Source of the DNA: Octopus vulgaris
Taxonomy: Eukaryota
Direction: 5' to 3'
Assembly: GCA_951406725.2 (NCBI GenBank)
Contig: OX597815.1
Location: forward strand, 30,938,001-31,002,000
DNA length: 64,000 nt
Shown piece after piece: positions 13,615-25,235 of this stretch (positions are counted from its first letter, which is position 1; the number at the start of each line of letters is the position of its first letter). The position numbers and the translations under genes are program-made. The notes beneath the pieces were generated by a model. The model saw only the letters and a list, made by a program, of their open reading frames with translations. It did no database searches and was not told the origin of the DNA.

Positions 13615-15897
13615 ACTCTTTTACTCTTTTACTCTTTTACCTGTTTCAGCCATCCGGCTGAGGCCATGCTGGGGCACCGCCCTTGTTGCTACCCTCTCTA
13701 AGTCCAGTTTGCCGTGGCTGGCCACTGATCTAAGAGAGAGTTTGTAGCTGCTGCCCTTAGGTTACCTTCGTACCTTGCAGTGGGTTCATCTGGGATCCCG
13801 GAAAGCAGCTTGTCTAGATGTTTTTTGAAAATGTCCACATCCGCATCATGTAGATCTCTTAGTTTTCTTGGCAGTTTGTTGAACAGCTGAGGGCCCCTGA
13901 ACCTCAGGCTATTACAGTATCTGCTCCTTACCCTGGATGTGGAAGACGGGACCTTTGGCACCACACAGTGACGTCCTGTACGGGGATTGGAACAGCTCTC
14001 AATTCCAAAATTTGGTGCTAGTCCCTCCAGGATTTTCCATATGTATATCACTGCATATCTCTCTCGTCTTCGTTCCAAGGAGTACAAATTGAGTTCCCTA
14101 AGCCTCTCCCAATAGTTCTTTTCTTTCATGGTGGAAATCCTCTTGGTGAAATGTCTTTGGATTGTCTCAAGCTCTGTGGTTAGTTTGACACTATGCGGTG
14201 ACCACAGTTGGGAGCAGTAGTCCAGGCGGCTTAGGACAAATGTCCTCCATAGTGTCAACATGGTCTCGCAGTCTCTTGTCCGGAATGTCCTCAGGATCCA
14301 GCCAGTGAGTCGTCTGCACATTTTCGCCACCTTCGCGATGTGTGAAGAAAAAGATGCATCGTCACTCATGTCTATCCCCAGGTCCCGTATTGATTTCGAT
14401 ACTGGGATTTCGATCCCTCCTGGACCAGTATAGTTGTGTTGTAATGCATATGTGTTTACAGCTTGATATTGTAAGGCTTGAAATTTACCAGCATTAAATT
14501 GCATGTTGTTGTCTTCAGCCCATTTGTATATGGCATCCAGATCTTGTTGTAAAAGGTCAGCATCAGCTGGGTTTTTTGATTGCCTGTGCTACCTTTGTGT
14601 CATCAGCATAGCTAGTGAGGGATGTTGTTTGTGCTACCAAGGGCATGTCAGAGAGCGCCACCAAAAACAGCAAGGGTCCCAAGACTGTGCCCTGTGGCAC
14701 CCCGCTTGCTATTGGTGTCTTTCCCGAGAGGGCTCCATTGGCTGCAACCATCTGGCTTCTGTCCTTCAGGAAGTCATGTATCCACTCACCTACTTTTCCT
14801 GTTATGCCAAGTCTGAGTAATTTGTGACATATCACTCCGTGGTCGACTTTGTCAAAGGCCTTCGCAAAGTCGAGATATACCACATCCACCTGTGAGCGAT
14901 CCAGTAGTTGTTTCAGTACCCAGTCGTAGTGTTGTAACAGCTGCGTAAGGCAGCTTCTTCCTGGGCGAAAGCCATGCTGTGTGTCAGTGAGACGGTTAGT
15001 TTCTTCGAGGAACGTGATCAGTTTTTTTCTGATGATTCGTTCCATGACCTTACTTATGTGTGACGTCAGGGAGACTGGCCTGTAGTTTTTGGCCTCTGCT
15101 CTACTCCCTCCTTTGTGGATAGGGCATATGGTGCCTTCTTTTAGCGCCCTGGGCAGTTTACCGTTAGCCAAGGAACCACTGAAGAGCTTCTTCAGTGGTC
15201 CCGCTAGGGCATGCCTGCATGTTTTTAGGAGGACTGCTGGGAATCCATCTGGTCCAGCAGCTGAGTTTATTCTCATTTCTTCTATGGCAGATATTACATC
15301 CCTCTCTGTTATGTCTATGTGGTCGATGGTTGTTGTTTGGTTTTGGAGTGTTGTGGCATCAAAGAAAACTTCTGGGTTTGTGATTTGCATGTGCCCCAGA
15401 GGGGATGTGAACACACTTTTATACTGTTCCTTTAGTATTTCACTTATCCCTTGGGGGTCCTCAGTTAGAGAGCCCTTTTTATCAAAGAGTGGGCCAATCT
15501 TGCAGTGTACCGAGGTGGTTTCTTTCGCAAATTTAAAGAAAGCTTTAGGGTTTGTTTTAATATTCTCTATGGCCCTGGCTTCTCTCTCTGCCCTCTCCTT
15601 CTCATAGGAAAGTTTGAGTGCAGTTTCCGTTTCAAAAAGTTTCAGGTGGAGTCCCTCATTGTTTCTCTGCCGTGCATTCAGTTGCTTCGAGAGCTTAGCT
15701 CTTCGCCTCATAAGTATTTTCCTGTCTCTGGGAATAACGTTCCTATGCCCGCTGGCTTTTTTCTCCGGGACAAACTTATGGCATATGTTCTGTATTGTTG
15801 TCATGAAATGTTGGAAATGTGTGTTGGTGTCTTGTGTGGTGATGAAGTCACTCCAGTCATGTTTTCGGATCTCTTCGTTGATCTTCTTCCAGTTTGC
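13615..15897 (-). mobile_element. 5'-truncated non-LTR retrotransposon (CR1/L2, Jockey-group LINE): RT, C-terminal domain and short 3' UTR
   Basis: RT motifs NYRPVSLTS, QHGFRPGRSC, YLDFAKAFDKV, GVPQGTVLGP, YADD. C-terminal SLERRRERY. 3' tail ends in (gtaaaaga)3. Both ends abut TA-rich microsatellites. Confidence 0.95.
13698..15897 (-). pseudogene. LINE ORF2 reverse transcriptase, about 730 codons with a single +1 frameshift; endonuclease domain absent
   Basis: ORFs 14563-15804 and 13698-14504 join (KVAQAIKNPADADLLQQDLDAIYKWAEDNNMQFN) if one A of the A6 run at 14572-14577 is removed. The frame extends upstream as [15 protein letters not shown] to 15897. Confidence 0.9.
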
Positions 15898-15944
15898 CTA
15901 TATATATATGTATATATATGTATGTATTTATGTGTATATATATG

Positions 15945-15984
<40 letters not shown>

Positions 15985-16015
15985 TACATGTAAATATACA
16001 TACATATATATATAC

Positions 16016-16048
<33 letters not shown>

Positions 16049-16151
16049 TACATGTAAATATACATACATATATACATACATATATACAAATATACATACA
16101 TACATATATACATACATATATATATACATATATACATACATACATACATAT

Positions 16152-16211
<60 letters not shown>

Positions 16212-16212
16212 A
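15898..16212. repeat. Compound TA/CATA/TG microsatellite
   Basis: Seen directly. Confidence 0.95.
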
Positions 16213-16405
16213 TAGGGAGAATTCACAAACAAAAAACAAAAGTCGAAGACAGGTGGTGTAGAAAACAAACAGATGTATTAGTATAACGCTCGGGAAGTGA
16301 AAAAGTTTTTAACGTTTCGAGCCTACGCTTTTCCACAGAAAGGAACACAGAAAGAAACAAAGAGAGAAAATAAATGAAGAATGTGTAGTGGCTCGCGATC
16401 TATTT
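16213..16405 (-). mobile_element. Short repeat carrying a hammerhead-like motif (16307-16342); probable Penelope-like pLTR relic
   Basis: Homologous to 26525-26706. Minus strand reads cttt-CTGTGGA-a-aagc-gtag-gctc-GAAA-cg-TT-aaaa. Confidence 0.65.
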
Positions 16406-17038
16406 CCGCAACTTTCTCCATTATTGCATCTACATACAGGTTTGGCCATTACTGATATAACCCCACATAATTTTATAGTACACCTCAACCAACAATTAAA
16501 CACTGTAGTACTTTGAGTCAACTGGTCGGAGCTCTGCCATTTTATGCTGATTACTCTTGATGACAATGCGTTCGAACACGAGTCCAACAGAAAATATATG
16601 TCTTGGAATATCCTTCACACAATAGAATACTTTAAAGTAAAAAAGCAAAAATAAAATAAGCTGAAGCGATTCACTCGCAACTCAAAAATACAAACAGAAA
16701 CATTAATTATGCACAAATGAAAATGATTTTCTCACTGCCTCACTGCTTGTAAGACAGCGATCCGAGAATCTAGGAATATTTTCCTAGACTGATCCGTCCC
16801 GAATTAAAGCAAAGCTTTCTGCTTTTTTTTTAACCCCAGAAGAGTCTCTGACAACATTTTGAAATCCTCCTAGTCACCACATCACACGAAAAATATTCTG
16901 TGAATAGCTTCGTTGTATGTCTTTCATCTTTCTCTCGTTTTATACATCAGTTCTAATCTATAGAGTAAAATAGAGTGTTTCATTCCCATGATAGGCAAAT
17001 TCAAGAATGCAGCTATGTACAAGCATAAATACATACAT

Positions 17039-17039
<1 letters not shown>

Positions 17040-17085
<46 letters not shown>

Positions 17086-17135
17086 AAGTATATACATCCT
17101 CATATGCATACGTGAGTATGTAGGTACAGACACAT

Positions 17136-17191
<56 letters not shown>

Positions 17192-17444
17192 GTATATATA
17201 TGTATATATATATATGTATATATATGTATATATATATGTATATATATGTATATATATATGTATATATATGTATATATATATGTATATATATATATGTATA
17301 TATATGTATATATATGTATATATATATGTATATATATACGTATATATATGTATATACATGTATGTATATATATATATATGTATATATATGTATATATATA
17401 TATGTATATATATATATGTATATATATATGTATATATATATATG

Positions 17445-17507
<63 letters not shown>
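17040..17507. repeat. Compound (TA)n/(TATG)n microsatellite
   Basis: Seen directly. Confidence 0.93.
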
Positions 17508-17513
<6 letters not shown>

Positions 17514-17524
17514 TATATAGAAGG

Positions 17525-17575
17525 AGCTTCTACAGGACTAGTACTGTTTCATTCAAGAGAAATCTTCAGGAAGCT
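17525..17575 (-). ncRNA. Type-I hammerhead ribozyme motif (inverted-arm copy)
   Basis: Exact reverse complement of 17886-17936. Confidence 0.8.
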
Positions 17576-17885
17576 ATTTAACAAGAATTGTATTAGCATT
17601 TATACATTTAGGCAGGTTTAAAGGAGTGGTGGTGGGGGACTTTTTGGGGGTAGGCATAGCGCAAAATATCATACTTGGGGGAGTGGTCAAGGAGTCAGTG
17701 GTAAGTTAGATGAAAGAATAGATAAATAAATAAATAAATAAATAGTGGTTACTTACCACTAACTTACCACTGACTCCTTGACCACTCCCCCAAGTATGAT
17801 ATTTTGCGCTATGCCTACCCCCAAAAAAGTCCCCCACCACCACTCCTTTAAACCTGCCTAAATGCTAATACAATTCTTGTTAAAT

Positions 17886-17936
17886 AGCTTCCTGAAGATT
17901 TCTCTTGAATGAAACAGTACTAGTCCTGTAGAAGCT
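17886..17936 (+). ncRNA. Type-I hammerhead ribozyme motif
   Basis: agcttc-CTGAAGA-tttc tctt gaat-GAAA-cag tactagtc ctg-TA-gaagct: 6-bp stem I, intact core, GUA cleavage triplet. Confidence 0.82.
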
Positions 17937-18023
17937 CCTTCTATATAATAAATTAATTTTACTCTGCTATGCATTGAGTACCTTACTTACTGTGGTTAAC
18001 CCCGAATCAACCCGGGACCTACA

Positions 18024-18054
<31 letters not shown>

Positions 18055-19252
18055 GTATACATATATGTATATTATATATAGGTGTGTATGTGTGCTTGCG
18101 TGTCTTTCTATGTTATGCGGTTTAGATATATTGTGTGTGTGTGTTTTAGATATATTATTACATGCGTATCATACATATCAATATATCTTTTCATATGTAT
18201 GTTGCGCGTAGGAGCATGTGTGGGTGAGAGAAAGACAAAATGGGTTCGTGTCTAGAGCTGTTTGCATATATATGTTATGAATAATTATAGGAAAGTTGCA
18301 TCGAGATAAATATACGTACATCTTCCTACGTAAAAGACAATTAATGTTTGTAAACGTATACATGACTAGTAAAATCTTGCTGTAATTACATCAGGAAAGG
18401 ATAGCGAATTATCAGAATGGGCAATTTTTATTACTTATAATATTCTTCTAAATTAGGGCACTGAAAACTCACAATTGCATATTGCTTTCTGGCTGGTTAG
18501 ATACTTCTTTATCTGAATCACATCTGTTCCGTTATTTTTTTCATTTCTGTTTTATTAATTTTTTTTTATTTTTATTTTTCATTATTTATTTATTTTATCT
18601 CTGTTTCTTTCTTCTCTCTTTTTCCTTCTGTTTTGCATTGTAGCTGGACAGTAGTTTTTCAAGAGACAGCCCAGAGCTAAATTTCCTTGAGAGATTTTCA
18701 TATCTAACGAATATAATGAATTTAGGAAAGAAGGAGAAAATTAGATTTTTACCAAATAAATATCTTTTTTCTTGTCGCAGTCCCACATATAATACAAAAA
18801 TTACATTTTAAAAATGTATAAATTCGCTGCATTTATAGCATGCACACACACATACATATGTATGTGTGTGCGAGTGTATTCTCTTATATTTTTACTAGTC
18901 TTAGCCATTTGACTGCGGCCATGCTGGTACATATATACGTGAATATCATGTGATTTTTAGTAGCCTTTATGAATGAATATGAATGAATATATATATGTAT
19001 GCATAAAAAACAGATAAGAAACAAGTATGTCCAGGTATTACGGCCGTTTCAAGCGGCTCTATTTGATGTGCGTATGCATATATATTACATATGAATATAT
19101 ATGTGTGTGTGGGAGAGAGAGAGATTTATATATATATACACCCATCTCTATTTAAATTTCTCCCTCTCCGTCGCATGTATATATATATATATTTTTTCTA
19201 GTTTCTGCTCAGAGCTGCGGCCATGCTGATGCACCGCCGTTAATTATCTTTG

Positions 19253-19323
19253 TACATCAGCAGGGAAACGAACCCGGGCCGCCCGCGTGGCAGGCGAGCA
19301 TTCTACCACTGAACCACCGATAT
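19253..19323 (-). pseudogene. tRNA-Gly(GCC), probably a pseudogene
   Basis: Minus strand atatcggtggttcagtggtagaatgctcgcctgccacgcgggcggcccgggttcgtttccctgctgatgta. D and anticodon arms are canonical for metazoan tRNA-Gly(GCC); A58->T in the T loop/B box, a T-stem mismatch and an altered acceptor stem. Confidence 0.85.
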
Positions 19324-19344
19324 ATATGTAAGGATTTAAGGATA

Positions 19345-19596
19345 TATATATATATATATATATATAAAACTGAGAATGTGTGTCTGTCTGTGTGAATCCC
19401 TAAAACCTGAGAAGTACAAAACCAATTTCATTCAAATTTTACACATGCCTTACTTAGGGTCCATGTAGTGTCATGGGCAAAAAGGTTGTTTAACTTCTTG
19501 CCTAGGGCGAGCCCACAGCAATATCACATCTTCTCCACTATTTCCGTATTACGTGTTAAAAGTGAAACAAAAACATCTCTCTATTGTATGTAAATG

Positions 19597-19648
<52 letters not shown>

Positions 19649-20219
19649 TACATACATGTATATATATAGATGTATATGTATACATGTATATGTATAGTTT
19701 TATATGTATACATGTATATGTAAACATGTATATATAGATGTACATGTAATATGTACACATATATATACATATATATACATGCATACATATATACACCCAT
19801 ACACACACACACCCATACACACAAACACACACACACACGCATATATATATACATAGGTGCAGGTGTGGCTTTGTGGTAACAAACTTGGTTCCAAAACACA
19901 TGGTCCTCAGTTCAGTCCCATTTTGTGGTAACTTGGCATGTGTCTTCTGCTATAGCCCCAGACAAACCAAAGCCTTGTCAGTGGATTTTGTAGACAGAAA
20001 CTGAAAGAAATGAATTGTATGTATATGTACGAATATATGTAAGTAGGAGTGACTGTAGGCATAGGAGTGGCTGTGTGGAAAGTAGCTTGCTTACTAACTA
20101 CATGGTTCCTGTTTCAGTCCCACTGCGTGGCAACTTGGGCAAGTGTCTTTTACTATAGCCTCGGGCCGACCAAAGCCGTGTGGGTAGATTTGGTAGACAG
20201 AAACTAAAGGAAGCCTGTC

Positions 20220-20295
<76 letters not shown>

Positions 20296-20743
20296 ATGTG
20301 TGTATATATGCTTGTGTGTCTGTGTTTGTCCTCCCAACATCGCTTGACAACCGATGCTGGTGTGTTACGTCCCCGTAACTGAGCGGTTCGGCAAAAGAGA
20401 CCGATAGAATAAGTACTAGGCTTATAAAGAATAAGTCCTGCGATCAATTTGCTCGACTAAAGACGGTGCTCCTGCATGGCCACAGTCAAATGAGTGAAAC
20501 AAGTAAAAGAGTAAATCTATGTGTGTGTCTTTGTGTTTCTCCCTCATCACTGTTTCACAACTGGTGTTCGTTTATTTACATCCCCATAACTTACTGGTTT
20601 CACAAGAAGAAACTGATAGAATAAGTACCAGGCTTGTCAAAATATAAAAAAGCACTACGAAGTGTCTCATATTTTTGTTTGCCCACTCAGTTGTATCTAT
20701 CAATTTATCTTTGTGTGTGTATGTGTGTTTTTGTGTATGTGTG

Positions 20744-20774
<31 letters not shown>

Positions 20775-21335
20775 GTATAAACACATACACACACGCACAC
20801 ACACACATATATATATAAAACATAGTTCTTGAATCGGTACTTCAAGTAACGACTAGGGTAGGGTAACTGACTGCTTATTGTGATCATTCGTCTTTTGGTT
20901 TCCTGTAGCTTTGCACTCTTTTACAAACCCGGTGAACATATATTTCCTATTTCAAAGAAATTCAAACAATAGATATAAGACCTAAGTTAAAAAGATTTTC
21001 AACAATTCAACTTCTCTGGTTGACATTAAGATGCCCACCCCCAACAGGGGCCTTAACTCTCACATTTTAGAGCTCCATGACCTTCATTTTTTAGGAGCAA
21101 AATCTTTTTAACAGGTTCAATAACACTGGAATTTTGGAATATGAGCATAAAAATCAGTAGTATGGGATACATGTGGCACGATTACACATTTTTAGGGTGT
21201 GTAAAGAGAGAAATAACCCTCATCTACAATTTGATGAAATTCGAAACAGATATTCCAGTTCATTACAGAAAATATAACAGAAAAGTCTAATTCTTCAATT
21301 GAATGTAACCGACCAACGCCGGGTATCTCTGCTAG
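19345..21335 (+). mobile_element. Probable non-autonomous Helitron containing nested SINE A copies
   Basis: 5' (ta)n-aaactgagaatgtgtgtctgtctgtg...ccaatttcattcaaattttacacatg; 3' GC-rich degenerate hairpin accgaccaacgccgggta followed by CTAG|T at 21332-21336. That both ends belong to one element is inferred. Confidence 0.65.
19853..20640 (+). mobile_element. Cluster of SINE A copies (5' half 19853-20020, full 20055-20515, partial 3' 20520-20640)
   Basis: Homology to 12447-12898. Confidence 0.85.
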
Positions 21336-22544
21336 TATATATATATATATACACACGTGTGTGTGTATGCATATATATATAGAGAGAGAGATATATAGAG
21401 ATATATATACGTGTGTGTGTATGCATATATATATATATGCGTGTGTGTGTATGCATATATAAGCATATGTATGTGTGTCTGCGTGTGCGTTTTTGATCTA
21501 AAATACTTTGCTACGGAGAGGGTCATACCCGGATTGTTTGTTCACAATATCTACTTAATCAGGTCTGACCTAGGGCTAAATATCTACAACCTATATATGA
21601 AATAACTTAAGCTAAAAACCTTTACGAAGCTTACAGACTGTTAAACTATGAAGAATAATGCTTTGCCAATTAACGATTGTACATTCGTCTGAGAAGTTAG
21701 ACACAACTCGACAAAAACATCCATATGCTCATACACATACATATATATATATATACAAACAATAATAAAGTTTATAATATAACATATTTTGATCAAAAGG
21801 TGTATTTCAGGAAATATTATGAGCTTCGTTGAATAGTTTTATGTCATGTTATTTACATATCCATCGTTATTTCGACGTTCAGTTAGCATCAGAGGACTTA
21901 ATATAGCAAAGTTGTGACATTGGCTGTCATGATTTTGTATTTCTCTACCATTTTCTATTATGCTCTATTTGAATAAATGGAGTATTTTAATTCACAGATA
22001 TTCATATATTCATAGATCTCTTGAAAAGAACTTATTTTATATTTCAATATTATCTTAAGAAATATTATATATATATATATACATGTGTGCGTGTATCTAT
22101 GCATGCATCTGCTCATTAACTTACAGATATATACTTGTTTACCTCTATGAAAATGCCTTCACGTATATTCATACATAGACACACGATCGCATACGCACAC
22201 ACATATATGTTTATGTGTGTGGTGTGGTGTATGTGTGTGTGGTGAAGGTGCGTCGTCAAGTAATTACTGCATTGTGCTCACAGTCGTAAGCTCGTGAGTT
22301 CGATTCACATATTAGGCGGCACGTTAAGTTCTTGAACAAAACACTTCATTCCACTCAGCTGCAAACTGAGTACCAGGTGGATGATGTATAAATTTTTCTT
22401 TCTCTCTCCTCATATGTCACATCCTGGGTCAATCTGGGTCAAGCTGATGCACCTAAATCTTGCTACGGATCGCGCTTGCTGACATGTGACACATACACAC
22501 ATAAACACAAACCCACACCCATACACGAATATATATATATATAG

Positions 22545-22890
22545 GTATAAAATTTATATATAAAAAGGGACAAGAACGTGAAATACACAAAGAGGCGACA
22601 CAAAAAACGGACGGGTCATTCGAAGTCTTTAAACTTCAGTCAGGAACCGGATCATCATAGCAAATTTCGGCTGATTAATCCTGATATTGCTCCGAAACGG
22701 CCAGCCCCAATGAAAAACTAAGCTGCGAGCATTAGATTTATTGGAAAAAGGATCGAATGTAAACGAAACAAGGACAGAAAAACGGACGAAGCCACACGAA
22801 TATAAATACAAAAAACAAAAATAAAATTAAAAACAAGAATGATAATAACAGGACAACAGCAGGTGTCTTACGACTTAAGACAAATTTAAC
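22545..22890. repeat. Unclassified interspersed repeat beginning at (TA)n; second copy at about 30497-30770
   Basis: Shared gggacaagaacg...ttcgaag..cttcagtca..aac.ggatcatc...atttcggctgattaat...ttgctccga...ggccagcccca...ttagatt. Confidence 0.75.
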
Positions 22891-23025
22891 TTTGAGTTTA
22901 TATTTATGTATACACTATGACTAACATATATAATAGTCTAGACACTTCAATAAAACATAAAACAGTTATATCTCCAACCAGAAACCAAGCATAAACGTAG
23001 ACATAGTCACCTGCAAATACAAAAT

Positions 23026-23073
<48 letters not shown>

Positions 23074-23382
23074 ACATGAGAGTGAATGAACAAACGAAAG
23101 AAAGAAGCGCTCAACACATTCGCATTGAAAAAAATGTGAATGAGCTCAGGATGAGTTTTGGTTTCCTCGCTGCTATAAAGCTGTCGACGGCTGGCAATCC
23201 AAAAGTTCCAGTTCATATGCCATGTATAAATTAATATATATGCCTTCAACTGAAAAGTATTAAAAACTCCTTCAGTTAAATATTTAAACGTTTTTATATA
23301 ATTTTTTACATAATAACAAACATTAATGTATAAGAGGCGGCGAGCTGACAGAACCGTCTTGCAACGTCTTGACGCTCTGTAC

Positions 23383-23969
23383 GTTGGTACAGAATCGATG
23401 AGCTTTTACCTTCCTTGAGTTGTCTCCAATGTTCATTCACCCGCTCACCAATGCTTCTTGCAGTTTCCCCTACGTATGTTACTGTCTTGTTACTGCATTG
23501 TCCCTCTATACATCTTATACTATAGACCACATTTCTGGCTTTACAGTTCGTTTGTGGGCTAAATCTACATACAGTGCAATAGTTATCCGTACAGAGAGTT
23601 CTACTAAAAGGATAGGTTCTACCAATTATAGATCTGATAGGGTTGCCTGGCTTTTCAACAACCTTAATTCTTAGTTTAAGTTTAAGTTTATCTAGGGTCC
23701 TTCTAAAGCGGTACGCTAGTTCACCTCCAGGGGTGGTGTCAACGAACATGACACTCTGGTATTTATGGCTATCATACCAAGAGTTGGCCTTCCTTATTTT
23801 CTTTTTTGTCCTTTCTATAGTGTTCCATGACTTGTTCCTATAGAGTGGGCAAATCCCATTCCTATCATTACATAATATATTATCAAATTTCTTCATGGCT
23901 CCTTTGTATACTCTGATCCTTTCTTTATGGCTGTAACCTGAGAACTGCATGCGGTGAATGAAATACTGT
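23383..23969 (-). pseudogene. PLE RT-thumb/linker and N-terminal half of a GIY-YIG endonuclease
   Basis: [12 protein letters not shown]...KVVEKPG...C-x4-C-x2-C...C...VVY-x3-C-x4-C...YVGET-x6-R-x2-EH. Confidence 0.88.
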
Positions 23970-23970
23970 A

Positions 23971-24200
23971 TGAATGAACATTGGAGACAACTCAAGGAAG
24001 GTAAAAGCTCATCGATTCTGTACCAACACGCCGAACAAGAACACGGGGGATCAATCAATAACATAGAGATTAAGATATTGTCCACACATAGAACAGATGC
24101 AACAATTAGACAAATTACAGAAGCTACACATATAATAGAAAATAAACCTAGCCTGAATAGAAAACTAGAATGGAGCAATAGCGCACACCACAACATATGA
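23971..24200 (+). pseudogene. C-terminal half of the same GIY-YIG endonuclease
   Basis: [24 protein letters not shown]...[17 protein letters not shown] with the conserved E and N; stop at 24198-24200. Confidence 0.85.
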
Positions 24201-24717
24201 CAATAGTGGATCCTGCAAACATAATAAATACACAGGTAATTAAAGAAATAGAAATGAATATCTATGTGTATGTATATGTGTATATATATGTATATGTATA
24301 TGTGTATATATGTGTGTATATATGTATATATATATATGTATATGTATGTGTATGTATATATATATATATATGTATATGTATATTCTTTTTTTTTTTTTTT
24401 TTTTCTCGATTAGATTTATTATTATTATTACTAATATTGTTGTTATACATACATACAAGCATATGTAATGATAATAATGGGTGGATGTAAACACATGAAC
24501 AAAATTAGAACAAAAGCAACAACAACAAAAACAAAATACAAATTACAAGAATGTATATAACCAGAAGATACAAATATTACAGACATGCCCCCCCAAACAC
24601 TAAATAAACATAGACGCACATAGAGATATAAGCATGCGCAAATGAAGACATACAATAGAAATACAAAATGGCTGACGGTTAGTAAGGAGAGACACAAGTA
24701 AGTGAGAAGAAAACAAA

Positions 24718-24762
24718 GGACCACTGATGCGGTCACAGGAGTGTGACGAAAGAACTTTGGCC
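24718..24762 (+). ncRNA. Variant minimal hammerhead motif in the PLE 3' UTR/pLTR
   Basis: gg-a-cca-CTGATGC-g-gtcaca ggag tgtgac-GAAA-gaac-TT-tgg-cc; all three stems in register, with A9->C. Confidence 0.6.
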
Positions 24763-24876
24763 GAAATAAGATTAAGATTAATGTAAAAAATAAATATCAC
24801 TGAAGCAAAATAACACCAAATATATAGTGCGTGTGTTTTTATTGGCTAAACTGGCAATATGACCATTCCGAAATAT

Positions 24877-24939
<63 letters not shown>

Positions 24940-24940
<1 letters not shown>

Positions 24941-25174
24941 ATAAATGAAAGAATGGAGTCGAACGAAGATGTTAATAAAATTTTGTTAACATCTTCGTTC
25001 GACTCCATTCTTTCATTTATTCATATACAACACACATATTTCTGCACATGAACCCGGAGTTTCTACCCTTAGACAGGTTGCTTCAACCGTGTTTCTGACG
25101 TGAATTTGCTACCCTGGTTTCGGTGCAACGAATTTTCCATGCTGACGATAAACAGGATAATTCATTCACCTATT

Positions 25175-25178
<4 letters not shown>
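24940..25178 (+). repeat. Fold-back element: 80-bp near-perfect palindrome (24941-25020) plus a unique extension, flanked by (TA)n
   Basis: ataaatgaaagaatggagtcgaacgaagatgttaa taaaattttg ttaacatcttcgttcgactccattctttcatttat. Confidence 0.8.
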
Positions 25179-25231
<53 letters not shown>

Positions 25232-25235
25232 TGGA

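Larger units (their letters stand above)
17508..18021 (+). mobile_element. Fold-back element: about 200-bp inverted arm (17508-17709) plus longer direct arm (17759-18021), each with a hammerhead motif, within (TA)n
   Basis: Arms are near-perfect reverse complements (one 8-bp indel); the right arm has an extra 3' extension of about 70 bp. Confidence 0.88.
23383..24880 (+). mobile_element. Penelope-like retroelement 3' fragment with inverted 5' part (23383-23970 on minus; 23971-24880 on plus)
   Basis: Minus: Cys-rich linker plus GIY-YIG (NVVYSIRC...[17 protein letters not shown]). Plus: continuation NEHWRQ...[15 protein letters not shown], then a 3' UTR with a hammerhead-like motif. The 3' boundary is approximate. 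Confidence 0.88.

Noticed and set aside
15089-15607. 172-aa plus-strand ORF and neighbouring plus ORFs
   Set aside because: Antisense shadows of the LINE RT ORF.
22545-22890. Possible hammerhead in the 22.5/30.5-kb repeat (ggctg...cagcc-gaaa)
   Set aside because: No CUGANGA core in register in either copy.
23306-24196. 296-aa minus ORF read as one protein with a hydrophobic N-terminus
   Set aside because: The first roughly 75 residues are the antisense of the plus-strand GIY-YIG half; the ORF is a chimera across the inversion junction.
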